From a virus, in the IMG/VR virus record IMGVR_UViG_3300017667_000009, positions 4,444-68,443 of that record: a stretch of 64,000 nucleotides of DNA; one strand, given 5' to 3'. Positions 55,720 to 64,000 of this stretch are shown here, in pieces. The position numbers and the translations under genes are program-made. Every line of letters begins with the position of its first letter. The first letter of the stretch is position 1. Under the pieces are notes generated by a model. It had not been told where the DNA came from and searched no databases. It saw nothing but the letters and a program-made list of their open reading frames with translations.

Positions 55720-56501
55720 AAGGCAATAGACAGTCATACGTTACCATAGAAGAAATTGTAGATGGCGTTTGTCTCGACTTAGGCGAAGGCAATCACCGCA
55801 AAGAACAGTATCTACGCTGGGCTATTCAAGAGGCGCAGCGCTGGAAAATGGACATGGCAAAAGAGGTTAAGACTGTTAAGTTGAATCTTACTGACTGGAA
55901 GTCTATTGTTCTCCCTAGCGATTGCATTGATTGGATTAAAATAGGTATTCAAGACGGAGACGTAATCAAAACATTCGTTAACCGAAACGATACCGCCATT
56001 TATCACGACTTGGATCCTTTGAACATAAAGGTCGCAAACCCCGATCCTGTAAGTTTACTTCAAACCGATCTAGCGGGCTACACCGTTCCTTTTTACAATT
56101 ATTCCGGCTGGCAAGATTCGGGCAAGATATTTGGGCAGATAGTAAAGGAAAATCAGTTTGGCTACTTCACTGTAAACAGAAACGACAACAGCGATGAGAT
56201 CCAATTCAGAACAAAGGTAGACAGCACAAGCAAAATTTACCTCGAGTACCTGGCAGACGGGTTTAATCCCAATTCTCAAAGTTTAGTGCATCCATACGCG
56301 GAAGAGCTTGTCACGCTGGGCATTCATTATCGCAGGCTGAAATTCAACAAAACAGAAAGTCGCCAAATGGTAGCCGAAGCCAAGAGAGATTATCAGGAAG
56401 AATATTACAGAGTAATAGACAGGATTTGGGATTACTCTATCGAAGACATTACCGAAACATTAAACAACGGATACGGCCTCACCGCTAGACCTCAGCATTA
56501 A
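55716..56501 (+). CDS. tail tubular/ring protein (crAss-like)
   Basis: EVKTVKL...LPSDCIDWIKIG...IYLEYLADG. Confidence 0.7.
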   Translation: MKGNRQSYVTIEEIVDGVCLDLGEGNHRKEQYLRWAIQEAQRWKMDMAKEVKTVKLNLTDWKSIVLPSDCIDWIKIGIQDGDVIKTFVNRNDTAIYHDLDPLNIKVANPDPVSLLQTDLAGYTVPFYNYSGWQDSGKIFGQIVKENQFGYFTVNRNDNSDEIQFRTKVDSTSKIYLEYLADGFNPNSQSLVHPYAEELVTLGIHYRRLKFNKTESRQMVAEAKRDYQEEYYRVIDRIWDYSIEDITETLNNGYGLTARPQH

Positions 56502-59500
56502 TGGAACTGGAGAGAGTTAAAATCACCGGCCTCAATAAAGATATTTCTCCTCGCGGTGTAGACAACGGGGGCAATAGACTTTTGGTAAATCCTTTGCTCG
56601 ATGCCGTAAATTGTAGATATCACACTTCCGAAACCGGGGAGATTGAAAGCCTCCAAAATATTCCGGGAACAGTAGGATATGACATTACGGGATTGCCAGT
56701 AGGAACTAATTTAATTATTGGAACATTTACCGACATGGAGGGCGGCCGCTTAATCCTTTTCAACTGGAATAGCGGAGGCCAGCACGGGATATACTCTTGG
56801 AATCCCACAACAAATGTTTTTTCTACTCTGATTGTGAATAGCCTTTTGGCATTTAGCAACAACCCAAGATACAGGATAACGGGTATAGGCATAGCTCAAA
56901 ACTTATTGTATTGGACAGACGGACTCAATCCGCAACGAATGATCAACATGACTAGAAGTTATGCTGGAATTACGGATCAGGGATGTATTAATATGTACGC
57001 AAGACCCCCAATATTTGCTCCTAAAATTATGAGCTCAGATATTGACGTGGCTTATAACTCGAGCGCAATAGCTACTAATATTTATCAATTTGCTACTCGG
57101 TACAATTACAAAGACAAAGGCTACAGTCCACTTAGTCAATGGAGTGAGGTTTATTTGTTGACTGGCGCAGATACCATAACCGATTTTAACACAAATAGGG
57201 TTACGGTGCGCGCATACATGCAAGTTGAAGTGCAGTCCATTATTGAAAAAGTTGAATTATTGTATAGGAAAAATAACTCTCCGGATTGGTTTGTCTACAA
57301 GGTTTTAGCAGTAACAGATTTTACCGCTGGCGTTGCGGATGTGTATTTTATGGATGATAATTCAAATCAAATCGTACCGCAAAACGAGTCGAATAAAATA
57401 TTTGATTCCATGCCATTGAGAAGCAAGTCGCTTTCTCTGTTTAGAAATAGAAATTTTCTGGTATCCGATGTGGAGGGTTACGAAGTAGAGCAAAGCCAGG
57501 CCTTTACGGTGAACAAAACAGTAGGCCTTGTATCATCTTCGTGGTTAAAAGACGGTGGAAGTTATTCTTATGGTCCTGTTTATTGGGATGAGGAAATGAG
57601 AACCCCAGGCATAAATAAGTTTGTCAAATTTAATGCAGACTACCAAGCGGGCAACGCAGCATCAGGAGGCGTTAATACCTCAAACAAAACTTTTGGAATA
57701 CCTGCATTTGGAGATAATAATCACCCTTCCTGGGCCAAATATGTATCAATAGCTAGAACCAAAGAGCAGAACTACGCAATGTACATGCATATACCAGTTA
57801 AGGTAATGTTTTATGTGTCCGAGGGAGATTTAAAAAATGAGGCAGGGGTCTCTATTCCAATTCCCCCGGGTATGGAACGTTATAATAACGGCAAAGTATA
57901 CTTAACGGCATTGCCTGATTTAGTAACTCCAACCAAACAGTTTACTCACCTACATCTTCAGGCACCTGATAATATTCCTTTTGTGCCAGATAGCTCATGC
58001 TTAGTACGGCTAATCACTCCATTAACGGGAGTTACAGATCAACTTATTACGCCTATTTTAGATTTTAATGGGCAGGTAATTGTTTGTTCTAATTTTAGAA
58101 GCAGACTAAGCGGAAATTTAAATTGGAGTGCAAGCGGTTATAATGCATTTACTGCCCCATTTATCTACATAGAGGTTTTCAAATTAAAAGCAGGTGAAGA
58201 TAAGCCATTTTATGAAATACCCTATTTTAGTGATTTCCCCGTAAGCACATTTATCAGGAAGGATATTGATACCTATGACCCTAGTGTTACGTATGTATTT
58301 AAAAATCTTAAGATAGACGGAAAGGGAAGTGACATTACGTATGACAAAGATACCTTGTTTGCAGATAGTGTTAGTCTTGAATCTCCTACTACAGTAATTA
58401 CTAGGGTTGCCCCTGGTGAGAGCGAGATTAAAGCTGTTTTTGGCGAATATTACATATCGTCTGCTAATCCATTCGAGGCAGTCGCAAAAACGTATGTTTC
58501 GCTTAATAGTAACACAAGTTTTTTACCAGATTATAGAAGGATACCAGATTTAGGCAGAAGGATTGCATATAATCCTGCCGGAAAACAACTTTATAGAAAT
58601 ACCACCGTAAGATACAGCAATGCCTATATTCAAGATAGCAATGTGAACGGACTCAGCTCATTTGAGTTTGTGAACGAATACCCATTACCTACTTATAGAA
58701 CTCCGGTAGTGAAGTTACAGCCGGCTGGAAACGTGCTTTTAGCCATTCACCAAAGAACAACCTCTAGTCTTTACATTGAAGAAAGCGTATTGACTGACGC
58801 AAACGGAAATATTCAAACCGTAAAAACAGACCGCGTAATAGGCCAAGATAATGAGCTAGAAGCTAAGTTTGGCTCCTACCATCCTGAAAGCATCGCAGAG
58901 TGGGGATCAATCGTATTTGGATTTGATATTTTCAAAGGTGTAGTTTGGATGTATAACAACAGTGGCCAGGTTCCTGTCAGTGATTACGGCATGAAGATTT
59001 ACTTCAAAAATAAGGCAGATCAGTACTTTAGTGAAAAAGATAACGTGGCCATTCTCGGAGGCATAGACCCATATCATAAAGAATACCTAATTACATTCCC
59101 CGAAATATCTGGAGTAGAAGCCGAAACGTGGGCGTTCAACTTTGTAAGCAAGCAATGGGTTTGTCGCATGAGCTTTGCTCCTGATGCCTACGGGTATATC
59201 AATAACACCCTAGTAAGTTTCAAGAACAATAAACTTTGGTTGCACAACCAAGACGCGGCCAATCACAATAAGTTTTACGGAGTGAAGTACGATAGGTCGG
59301 TAACCATTGGCGTTAACCCATACCCATCTCGGGTAAAGAACTTTGCGGCCATACAAATAAGCGCTGAAGAACTCTGTGAGGGAGATAGGTATACCATAAC
59401 GGTCAACTATGCTAATTTGGCCGCCTTCCCCGGCACCGGTGTGGTAGGAAGGAAGTATGTGGCTCTCGATACCGGAAAGATTTATCGATGGGCGGAAACG

Positions 59501-59791
59501 GTTTACGTGGAAATCCGTGAGACACCAATTGTCACTTGCACAAATCGTGAAGGTCAAAGAACCTACATGAAGCGCAAAGAGTTTGAGAAATTAGAGAATA
59601 TTTTCTACTCCCCTATTCTAAAGGACGTTAATACACCAAATGGGCTAATGCAAGCGGGTCAGCTAAAGCTACGAGATGGTAGGGATATGATTAGTCAGGT
59701 GTTAGAGATAACGATCCAAAACAACAGCTACGGCCCAGCTAGACACCACTATTCCAACTTGAGCTACATCCACAGTAAGTTTAGTGTTTAG
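56501..59791 (+). CDS. tail stabilisation/nozzle protein (P22 gp10-like, crAss-like)
   Basis: GLNKDISP..DAVNCR, LLYWTDGLNPQRMIN, YQFATRY.Y...S..S, FG..HPES, SDYGMK.YF, GG.DP...EY. Confidence 0.85.
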   Translation: MELERVKITGLNKDISPRGVDNGGNRLLVNPLLDAVNCRYHTSETGEIESLQNIPGTVGYDITGLPVGTNLIIGTFTDMEGGRLILFNWNSGGQHGIYSWNPTTNVFSTLIVNSLLAFSNNPRYRITGIGIAQNLLYWTDGLNPQRMINMTRSYAGITDQGCINMYARPPIFAPKIMSSDIDVAYNSSAIATNIYQFATRYNYKDKGYSPLSQWSEVYLLTGADTITDFNTNRVTVRAYMQVEVQSIIEKVELLYRKNNSPDWFVYKVLAVTDFTAGVADVYFMDDNSNQIVPQNESNKIFDSMPLRSKSLSLFRNRNFLVSDVEGYEVEQSQAFTVNKTVGLVSSSWLKDGGSYSYGPVYWDEEMRTPGINKFVKFNADYQAGNAASGGVNTSNKTFGIPAFGDNNHPSWAKYVSIARTKEQNYAMYMHIPVKVMFYVSEGDLKNEAGVSIPIPPGMERYNNGKVYLTALPDLVTPTKQFTHLHLQAPDNIPFVPDSSCLVRLITPLTGVTDQLITPILDFNGQVIVCSNFRSRLSGNLNWSASGYNAFTAPFIYIEVFKLKAGEDKPFYEIPYFSDFPVSTFIRKDIDTYDPSVTYVFKNLKIDGKGSDITYDKDTLFADSVSLESPTTVITRVAPGESEIKAVFGEYYISSANPFEAVAKTYVSLNSNTSFLPDYRRIPDLGRRIAYNPAGKQLYRNTTVRYSNAYIQDSNVNGLSSFEFVNEYPLPTYRTPVVKLQPAGNVLLAIHQRTTSSLYIEESVLTDANGNIQTVKTDRVIGQDNELEAKFGSYHPESIAEWGSIVFGFDIFKGVVWMYNNSGQVPVSDYGMKIYFKNKADQYFSEKDNVAILGGIDPYHKEYLITFPEISGVEAETWAFNFVSKQWVCRMSFAPDAYGYINNTLVSFKNNKLWLHNQDAANHNKFYGVKYDRSVTIGVNPYPSRVKNFAAIQISAEELCEGDRYTITVNYANLAAFPGTGVVGRKYVALDTGKIYRWAETVYVEIRETPIVTCTNREGQRTYMKRKEFEKLENIFYSPILKDVNTPNGLMQAGQLKLRDGRDMISQVLEITIQNNSYGPARHHYSNLSYIHSKFSV

Positions 59792-60189
59792 AGTCGCTTA
59801 AATACAACTTTTTCGACCACCGGCACTTCTTTAGGTGCCATATAGCCATCAAATTCAATAGTTTTCAGGTCTTTTGATATTACTCCATTCCGGAAAAAAA
59901 AACCATCGCCATATATGCTAATAGCAGCGGTGCTTCCAGAGGTAGTGCAAGTGCCCTGTGTAATAAAATAATCCTTTGATGAGTAGGTTATTTTAAAATC
60001 GTAGGCATTATCAAACAATAGTAGATAAGAGATAATGTCAACAGCTGGCCGCCTTGTCAAATTTAATTTCCCATTAACCGTGACAGAAGAAACCGACCAT
60101 TTTCCGCTTAAATCCGTGATAGGAGTAGGGCTTTCAGATGCACATGCAGACAGCAGCACCACAAAAACAAAGGCTAATTTAGTTTTCAT
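59788..60189 (-). CDS. lipoprotein (moron, possible superinfection exclusion)
   Basis: Lipobox LLSA-C; LSGKW lipocalin-like start. Confidence 0.7.
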   Translation of the reverse strand: MKTKLAFVFVVLLSACASESPTPITDLSGKWSVSSVTVNGKLNLTRRPAVDIISYLLLFDNAYDFKITYSSKDYFITQGTCTTSGSTAAISIYGDGFFFRNGVISKDLKTIEFDGYMAPKEVPVVEKVVFKRL

Positions 60190-60293
60190 TTTGATTTTAG
60201 TTGTTAAGTGAGATCAAATGTAAAAAGATATTTTCATAAAAGTGCAATATTTTTTACATTTTTGTATTAAGTTTGATGCAAGAAGTAAATAAA

Positions 60294-60641
60294 TCAAAGT
60301 GAGAACCCGTATCTTCCGTCAATGTAGTAGTTATAGTATCGACCCTTGGACGGGGCGTACTTGTATCCATTCCAAACTTCAATTGGCATACCTCGGAATA
60401 TGTAAGACTTACCTGTTTTGGCGTACATCAGAAAATATCCGATCTCTCCATCACAGCTTTTATAATGCGCTGACTGTATCCAAGAACTTGGTGAGTAGTC
60501 AGATTCGTCAATTTCAAAGTTGTGTTCATTTATTGCTTTATGGGCTTCTCTGTAACTTGAAAAGTGCTTTGGTAGCCCACAATCTTGTGAAAAACAAATG
60601 GACCTTATTAAAACGAGTAACAGTATTATCAAAAATCTCAT
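60294..60641 (-). CDS. KTSC-domain protein with signal peptide
   Basis: SSWIQSAHY...Y.F.GMP.EVW..Y..APSKGRYYNYYI. Confidence 0.8.
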   Translation of the reverse strand: MRFLIILLLVLIRSICFSQDCGLPKHFSSYREAHKAINEHNFEIDESDYSPSSWIQSAHYKSCDGEIGYFLMYAKTGKSYIFRGMPIEVWNGYKYAPSKGRYYNYYIDGRYGFSL

Positions 60642-60703
60642 GCTTAAAACTATCGAATTGATGATTAATTATCAATAATATTTGTTGGTAAGTTGAATTT
60701 TAC

Positions 60704-60862
60704 TAGGTTTGATCCGCCAAACAAATAGTTAGATGTTTCTCACCAAGCTTTCTGAATCAAAAATAAACCCCCGTGAATCGGTGAAAGCCCGGTTAATGAC
60801 TCCTACGCATGTAGCTGTTTGTTTGGCACACGGGGGCTCTTTTTTTTATGCCAAACAAACAG
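60704..60862 (+). ncRNA. C4-like antisense/attenuator leader of the antirepressor operon
   Basis: TAGGTTTG promoter; stem 60768-60775/60829-60836 plus T-tract; 60812-60828 complementary to 60716-60731 and 60849-60862. Confidence 0.65.
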
Positions 60863-61189
60863 GAAATTCAATCAGTTATCAAGGATGACAGATTTGAAGC
60901 GGTCGGAACACGAAACGTTCCAAAAGAAGTAGGTCAACACCATCTCTCACAGCTATTCAGGCTTATTGAGGACCACTTTAACAGCATACTCCCAAGCCAA
61001 ATGCAAGGTCATGCCAGCGTACTCATGCACAAAGCCATGATGCCCAGCCAAAAGTATGCTCAGGACCACATGGCAGAGGTATTCTTTACCATGCACGAAA
61101 CCAATCAGTTTATTACAGCTCTGTACGAACGGTGGCATCTGGCCAAAGAAACCAATCGAGAGATCAGAAAGGAGGTATGCAATGGATAA
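60848..61189 (+). CDS. hypothetical protein, first gene of the antirepressor operon
   Basis: Ends KEVCNG overlapping the next start. Confidence 0.65.
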   Translation: MPNKQEIQSVIKDDRFEAVGTRNVPKEVGQHHLSQLFRLIEDHFNSILPSQMQGHASVLMHKAMMPSQKYAQDHMAEVFFTMHETNQFITALYERWHLAKETNREIRKEVCNG

Positions 61190-61901
61190 GCTACCTAAAA
61201 ATCAAACCATGAGTAGCCGGGAGGTTGCCGAATACGCCAATAAGGAGCATAAGCACGTAATGTAGGCTATTCGCATAATGGAGCCTTCTTGGGAAAAAGT
61301 TAGCGGGTCGAAATTTCGGCTCGCTGAATATCTCGATGAACAAGGCAAAAGAAGACCTATGTATGAACTAAGTAAATCAGAATGCCTTTATGTGGCTACC
61401 AAGTTCAATGATGAGGCCAGAGCCAAACTGGTAATGCGTTGGGAGAAGCTAGAGACTGAAAAAAGTCTGGAGTCTAACAATGAAGACGTGATAATCTATC
61501 GGGCCTTTACCATAATCCAAGACAGGAACGTTGCGCTAAAAGCAAAAATAGATGAGCAGGTTAAGGTAATTGAAGAACAGGCTCCCAAAGTAGAATACGT
61601 GGACACTGTACTTCAAAGCCAAAGCACGATAACCACCACGGTAATAGCGAAGGAACTCGGGATAAGTGCGCACCGTCTTAATACTTTGCTACACGAACTA
61701 GGGATCATGTATCGATCTGGAGAAACGTGGGTATTGTACTCATCCTATCAGGACAAGGGATTCACCCGAACAAAAACCCATGTGTATACTGATGCCAGAG
61801 GAGACTTGCGAACGGCTATAAACACCGTTTGGACTGAGGAGGGCAGAATGTTTGTTCACAAAAAAGTGAAGGAGCACTTTGCAAACAGATTGACTGCCTA
61901 A
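61182..61901 (+). pseudogene. Rha/KilAC (ANT) antirepressor interrupted by in-frame TAG at 61263-61265
   Basis: MSSREVAE..K.HKHVM*AIR.MEP..EY.D.QGK.RPMY.L (Rha) and PKVEYVD..T..IAKELG...WTEEGR.F (KilAC), all one frame. Confidence 0.8.
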
Positions 61902-61918
61902 AATTGAAAGAAGGTGGG

Positions 61919-62482
61919 CTAAATGCTCACCTTCATTTCTGCTTCTTTGTATGGGTTTCCAATGGATTGAATTGCGCCTGGGGTTGCTCCATCTAAGGCA
62001 GGCTGAATATTAGCCCGTTCTTCGTGTTCCTTACTTAAAATCTCAAACACTTCCTTTGGGGTGGTAGACAATATGTGATCCATCGCTTTTTTCAATCCGT
62101 CCTTCATGTGGGTATAGTCAGAGAGTGATTTTTCCGTGTCTCTCTTATTCGCTATCTCCAAAATCAATGCTGACTCTAAAGTTTCTTTGGCGTTGGCGAT
62201 CGCCTTGTCGCACTTGTCAATCTCTTCCGAGAGCTTGTTGAGCACAATCCGTTGATGAGAGTAGCGGATAAATCTCACGTCTTCAATTGCATCATATACG
62301 CATTGCTCTATGTGAGTATTGAATTTTTTTCTGAAATTCTCTAAGTCCTTATAACTGGCCCGCGTAGAAATGTTGCCTAATGCCGCGTGTTTAAATCGCT
62401 GCGATATTTGTCCGGCAAATTGATCGTCCCATTGCTCGGTAGTTGTTTTTTGCGGTTTTTCGGTTGGTTGTTCTTCGGTCAT
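61919..62482 (-). CDS. hypothetical coiled-coil protein
   Basis: 187-aa ORF. Confidence 0.6.
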   Translation of the reverse strand: MTEEQPTEKPQKTTTEQWDDQFAGQISQRFKHAALGNISTRASYKDLENFRKKFNTHIEQCVYDAIEDVRFIRYSHQRIVLNKLSEEIDKCDKAIANAKETLESALILEIANKRDTEKSLSDYTHMKDGLKKAMDHILSTTPKEVFEILSKEHEERANIQPALDGATPGAIQSIGNPYKEAEMKVSI

Positions 62483-62515
62483 AAAATTTAGGGGTTGTCT
62501 TGTTTAGTTACTCTG

Positions 62516-62755
62516 TTAAAGTAGTTGTAGAGCGTTAAAGCTGATTCCTCGCTCTTTGTAATATTTGCGTAGCTGCCATTCATAACAGGCGTCTTTGATC
62601 TCTTCTTCCGTTAGTACTATCGATCTGATCTCATCCTCGCGTCTTTTCCTTACTTGATTGTAGTCGTTAGACGATGATGTGCTAAAGTCTCCTTCGTTGC
62701 ATGATAGTGCCATCATTTTAAAGTTTAGTCGTTCATAACATTTGCCCTTCTTCAA
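62516..62755 (-). CDS. hypothetical protein
   Basis: 79-aa ORF downstream of integrase; start uncertain. Confidence 0.4.
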   Translation of the reverse strand: MKKGKCYERLNFKMMALSCNEGDFSTSSSNDYNQVRKRREDEIRSIVLTEEEIKDACYEWQLRKYYKERGISFNALQLL

Positions 62756-62770
62756 AACTCAAATAGTTGT

Positions 62771-64000
62771 TTATCCTACCAATAGTTTAGCCGTATTCAG
62801 TTTTTGTTGCATATCGTGAATCCCTCCGTAGGCTGCCGTAGTACGTTCATCTTCGTGCCCCATCATTTCTTTCCTCAAGGCAATGGGTACAGACTTTATT
62901 CTCATTATGTAAGCAAAAGTATGCCTGGCCGAGTAAGTGGTTACAACCGGAATACCCATTCTCTCACATGCTTTCTTTACGTGGGTATTCGTAAACTTTA
63001 TAAATCGGTTCTTGCGGCTGTGTATTTGCTCCTCGGTTGTAACTCCATCCATTGTTTCAAATAAGTAAGCATCTGGGTTAAGCGATGGCCGAGAGTATTT
63101 TTTGATTATCTCCATGGCCTCGTCAATAACAGGTATTTCAATCTTGGTTTTGTCGCGCTTACGGTCGGATGTTTTTTCTCGGTTAATAAGGATAAGCCTC
63201 ATTCCCATTTCGTCAACTAAATTTCTCCACTTCAATATAAGAATATCCTTAAAGTTCATCCCTGATAGCAGGTAAGACAATTTCCAGAAGTCTACCGATC
63301 GCTGTGTGAATGGATCTTCTGCCTCATAAGTCATCATTAAATTCTTTTGAGCCTCATTCAGCGCTATCTTTCTGGCCGTGGATGCCGGGGGAATAAACTT
63401 TCTCCTTCCAAACGGGTATTTTGAAGGGTGGATGATCTGCAGTTCGTCAATGGCCCATCGGAACATCTTGCGAATCTCCCTGGTGTAAAACCCAACTGTA
63501 TTATAACTTAGCCCCTTCTCAATTAGCCACTCCTCATACTTCTCCAGTGTGTTGCTGTCTAGGTCACCAAGACTTATCTTTCCTTTAAACTCCGTCAGGC
63601 TGGTTATCACGGTGCCGATTATATTCCGTGTAGAGATTTGCCCCTTTTCGTTTGCTCTCGTTTTAAGCGTCTCCAATAAGCCCTGAACAGATTCATAGTT
63701 TCCCTTCTCTTCCATGAGGTAGGCAAAATCTGTTTTGGATATGCTCGGCCTTTGGTTGATGATAGAGGTCGCTTTATCTACCACCGCTATTAGATTGTCT
63801 CTACGGTCCTTCAATGCCTTGGAGGTATACAATTTATCAAACTCCTCCTTGAACATTGATTCTCCAGTAGAGTGATAGTAGACATCCTGCTTTTCTTTCC
63901 CGTTGCCAATCACCTTGAAGATGATCCTGAGCTTTACTGGAAACTTGCCAGTAGCCAACGGGCGTCTTGAGTCTAGTATGAGATTTATTGTGGGCTTCAT
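62771..64000 (-). CDS. int: tyrosine recombinase/integrase (Bacteroidota type)
   Basis: Arm-binding N-domain (LD.R...GKFPVKLR), SAM-like domain, GMNFKD, REKT, YSARHTFA, MGH...TT..Y. Confidence 0.92.
   Translation of the reverse strand: MKPTINLILDSRRPLATGKFPVKLRIIFKVIGNGKEKQDVYYHSTGESMFKEEFDKLYTSKALKDRRDNLIAVVDKATSIINQRPSISKTDFAYLMEEKGNYESVQGLLETLKTRANEKGQISTRNIIGTVITSLTEFKGKISLGDLDSNTLEKYEEWLIEKGLSYNTVGFYTREIRKMFRWAIDELQIIHPSKYPFGRRKFIPPASTARKIALNEAQKNLMMTYEAEDPFTQRSVDFWKLSYLLSGMNFKDILILKWRNLVDEMGMRLILINREKTSDRKRDKTKIEIPVIDEAMEIIKKYSRPSLNPDAYLFETMDGVTTEEQIHSRKNRFIKFTNTHVKKACERMGIPVVTTYSARHTFAYIMRIKSVPIALRKEMMGHEDERTTAAYGGIHDMQQKLNTAKLLVG

Larger units (their letters stand above)
1..64000. 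mobile_element. temperate Bacteroidota podovirus-like phage/prophage (partial, ends not in window)
   Basis: Head, tail, lysis, replication and lysogeny genes throughout; no host housekeeping operon. Confidence 0.92.

Noticed and set aside
1-64000. Genome-wide TAG stop-codon reassignment as in some crAss-like phages
   Set aside because: Long genes are intact under the standard code and several genes end in TAG; only one internal TAG was found, and there is no suppressor tRNA.
62771-64000. Integrase inactive because GMNFKD and YSARH replace the canonical Arg and His
   Set aside because: These substitutions are common in Bacteroidota mobile-element integrases; the ORF is intact with K, R, H and Y residues present.

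Overview
The whole window is one temperate Bacteroidota (probably Cytophagales-infecting) phage or prophage, with no host genes and both ends open. Its head and short-tail genes are crAss-like: major capsid, portal, large terminase, three tail ring proteins and a tail stabilisation protein. It also has a tyrosine integrase, an XRE repressor, a Rha/KilAC antirepressor, lambda-like replication genes (initiator with iterons plus DnaB), GroES, a tRNA-Met(CAT), a lysis cassette and a 3167-aa polyvalent ejection-type protein. The most unusual observations are: (1) five small ORFs overprinted in the +1 frame in the linkers of the polyvalent gene, mostly just before effector domains; (2) an array of attC-like interlocking palindromes that enclose small genes; (3) several hairpin RNAs whose loops are complementary to translation-start regions of distant phage genes; (4) tail fibre/depolymerase proteins with Sec signal peptides; (5) an amber codon interrupting the antirepressor. 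All product calls come from motif recognition and gene context, not from database searches.
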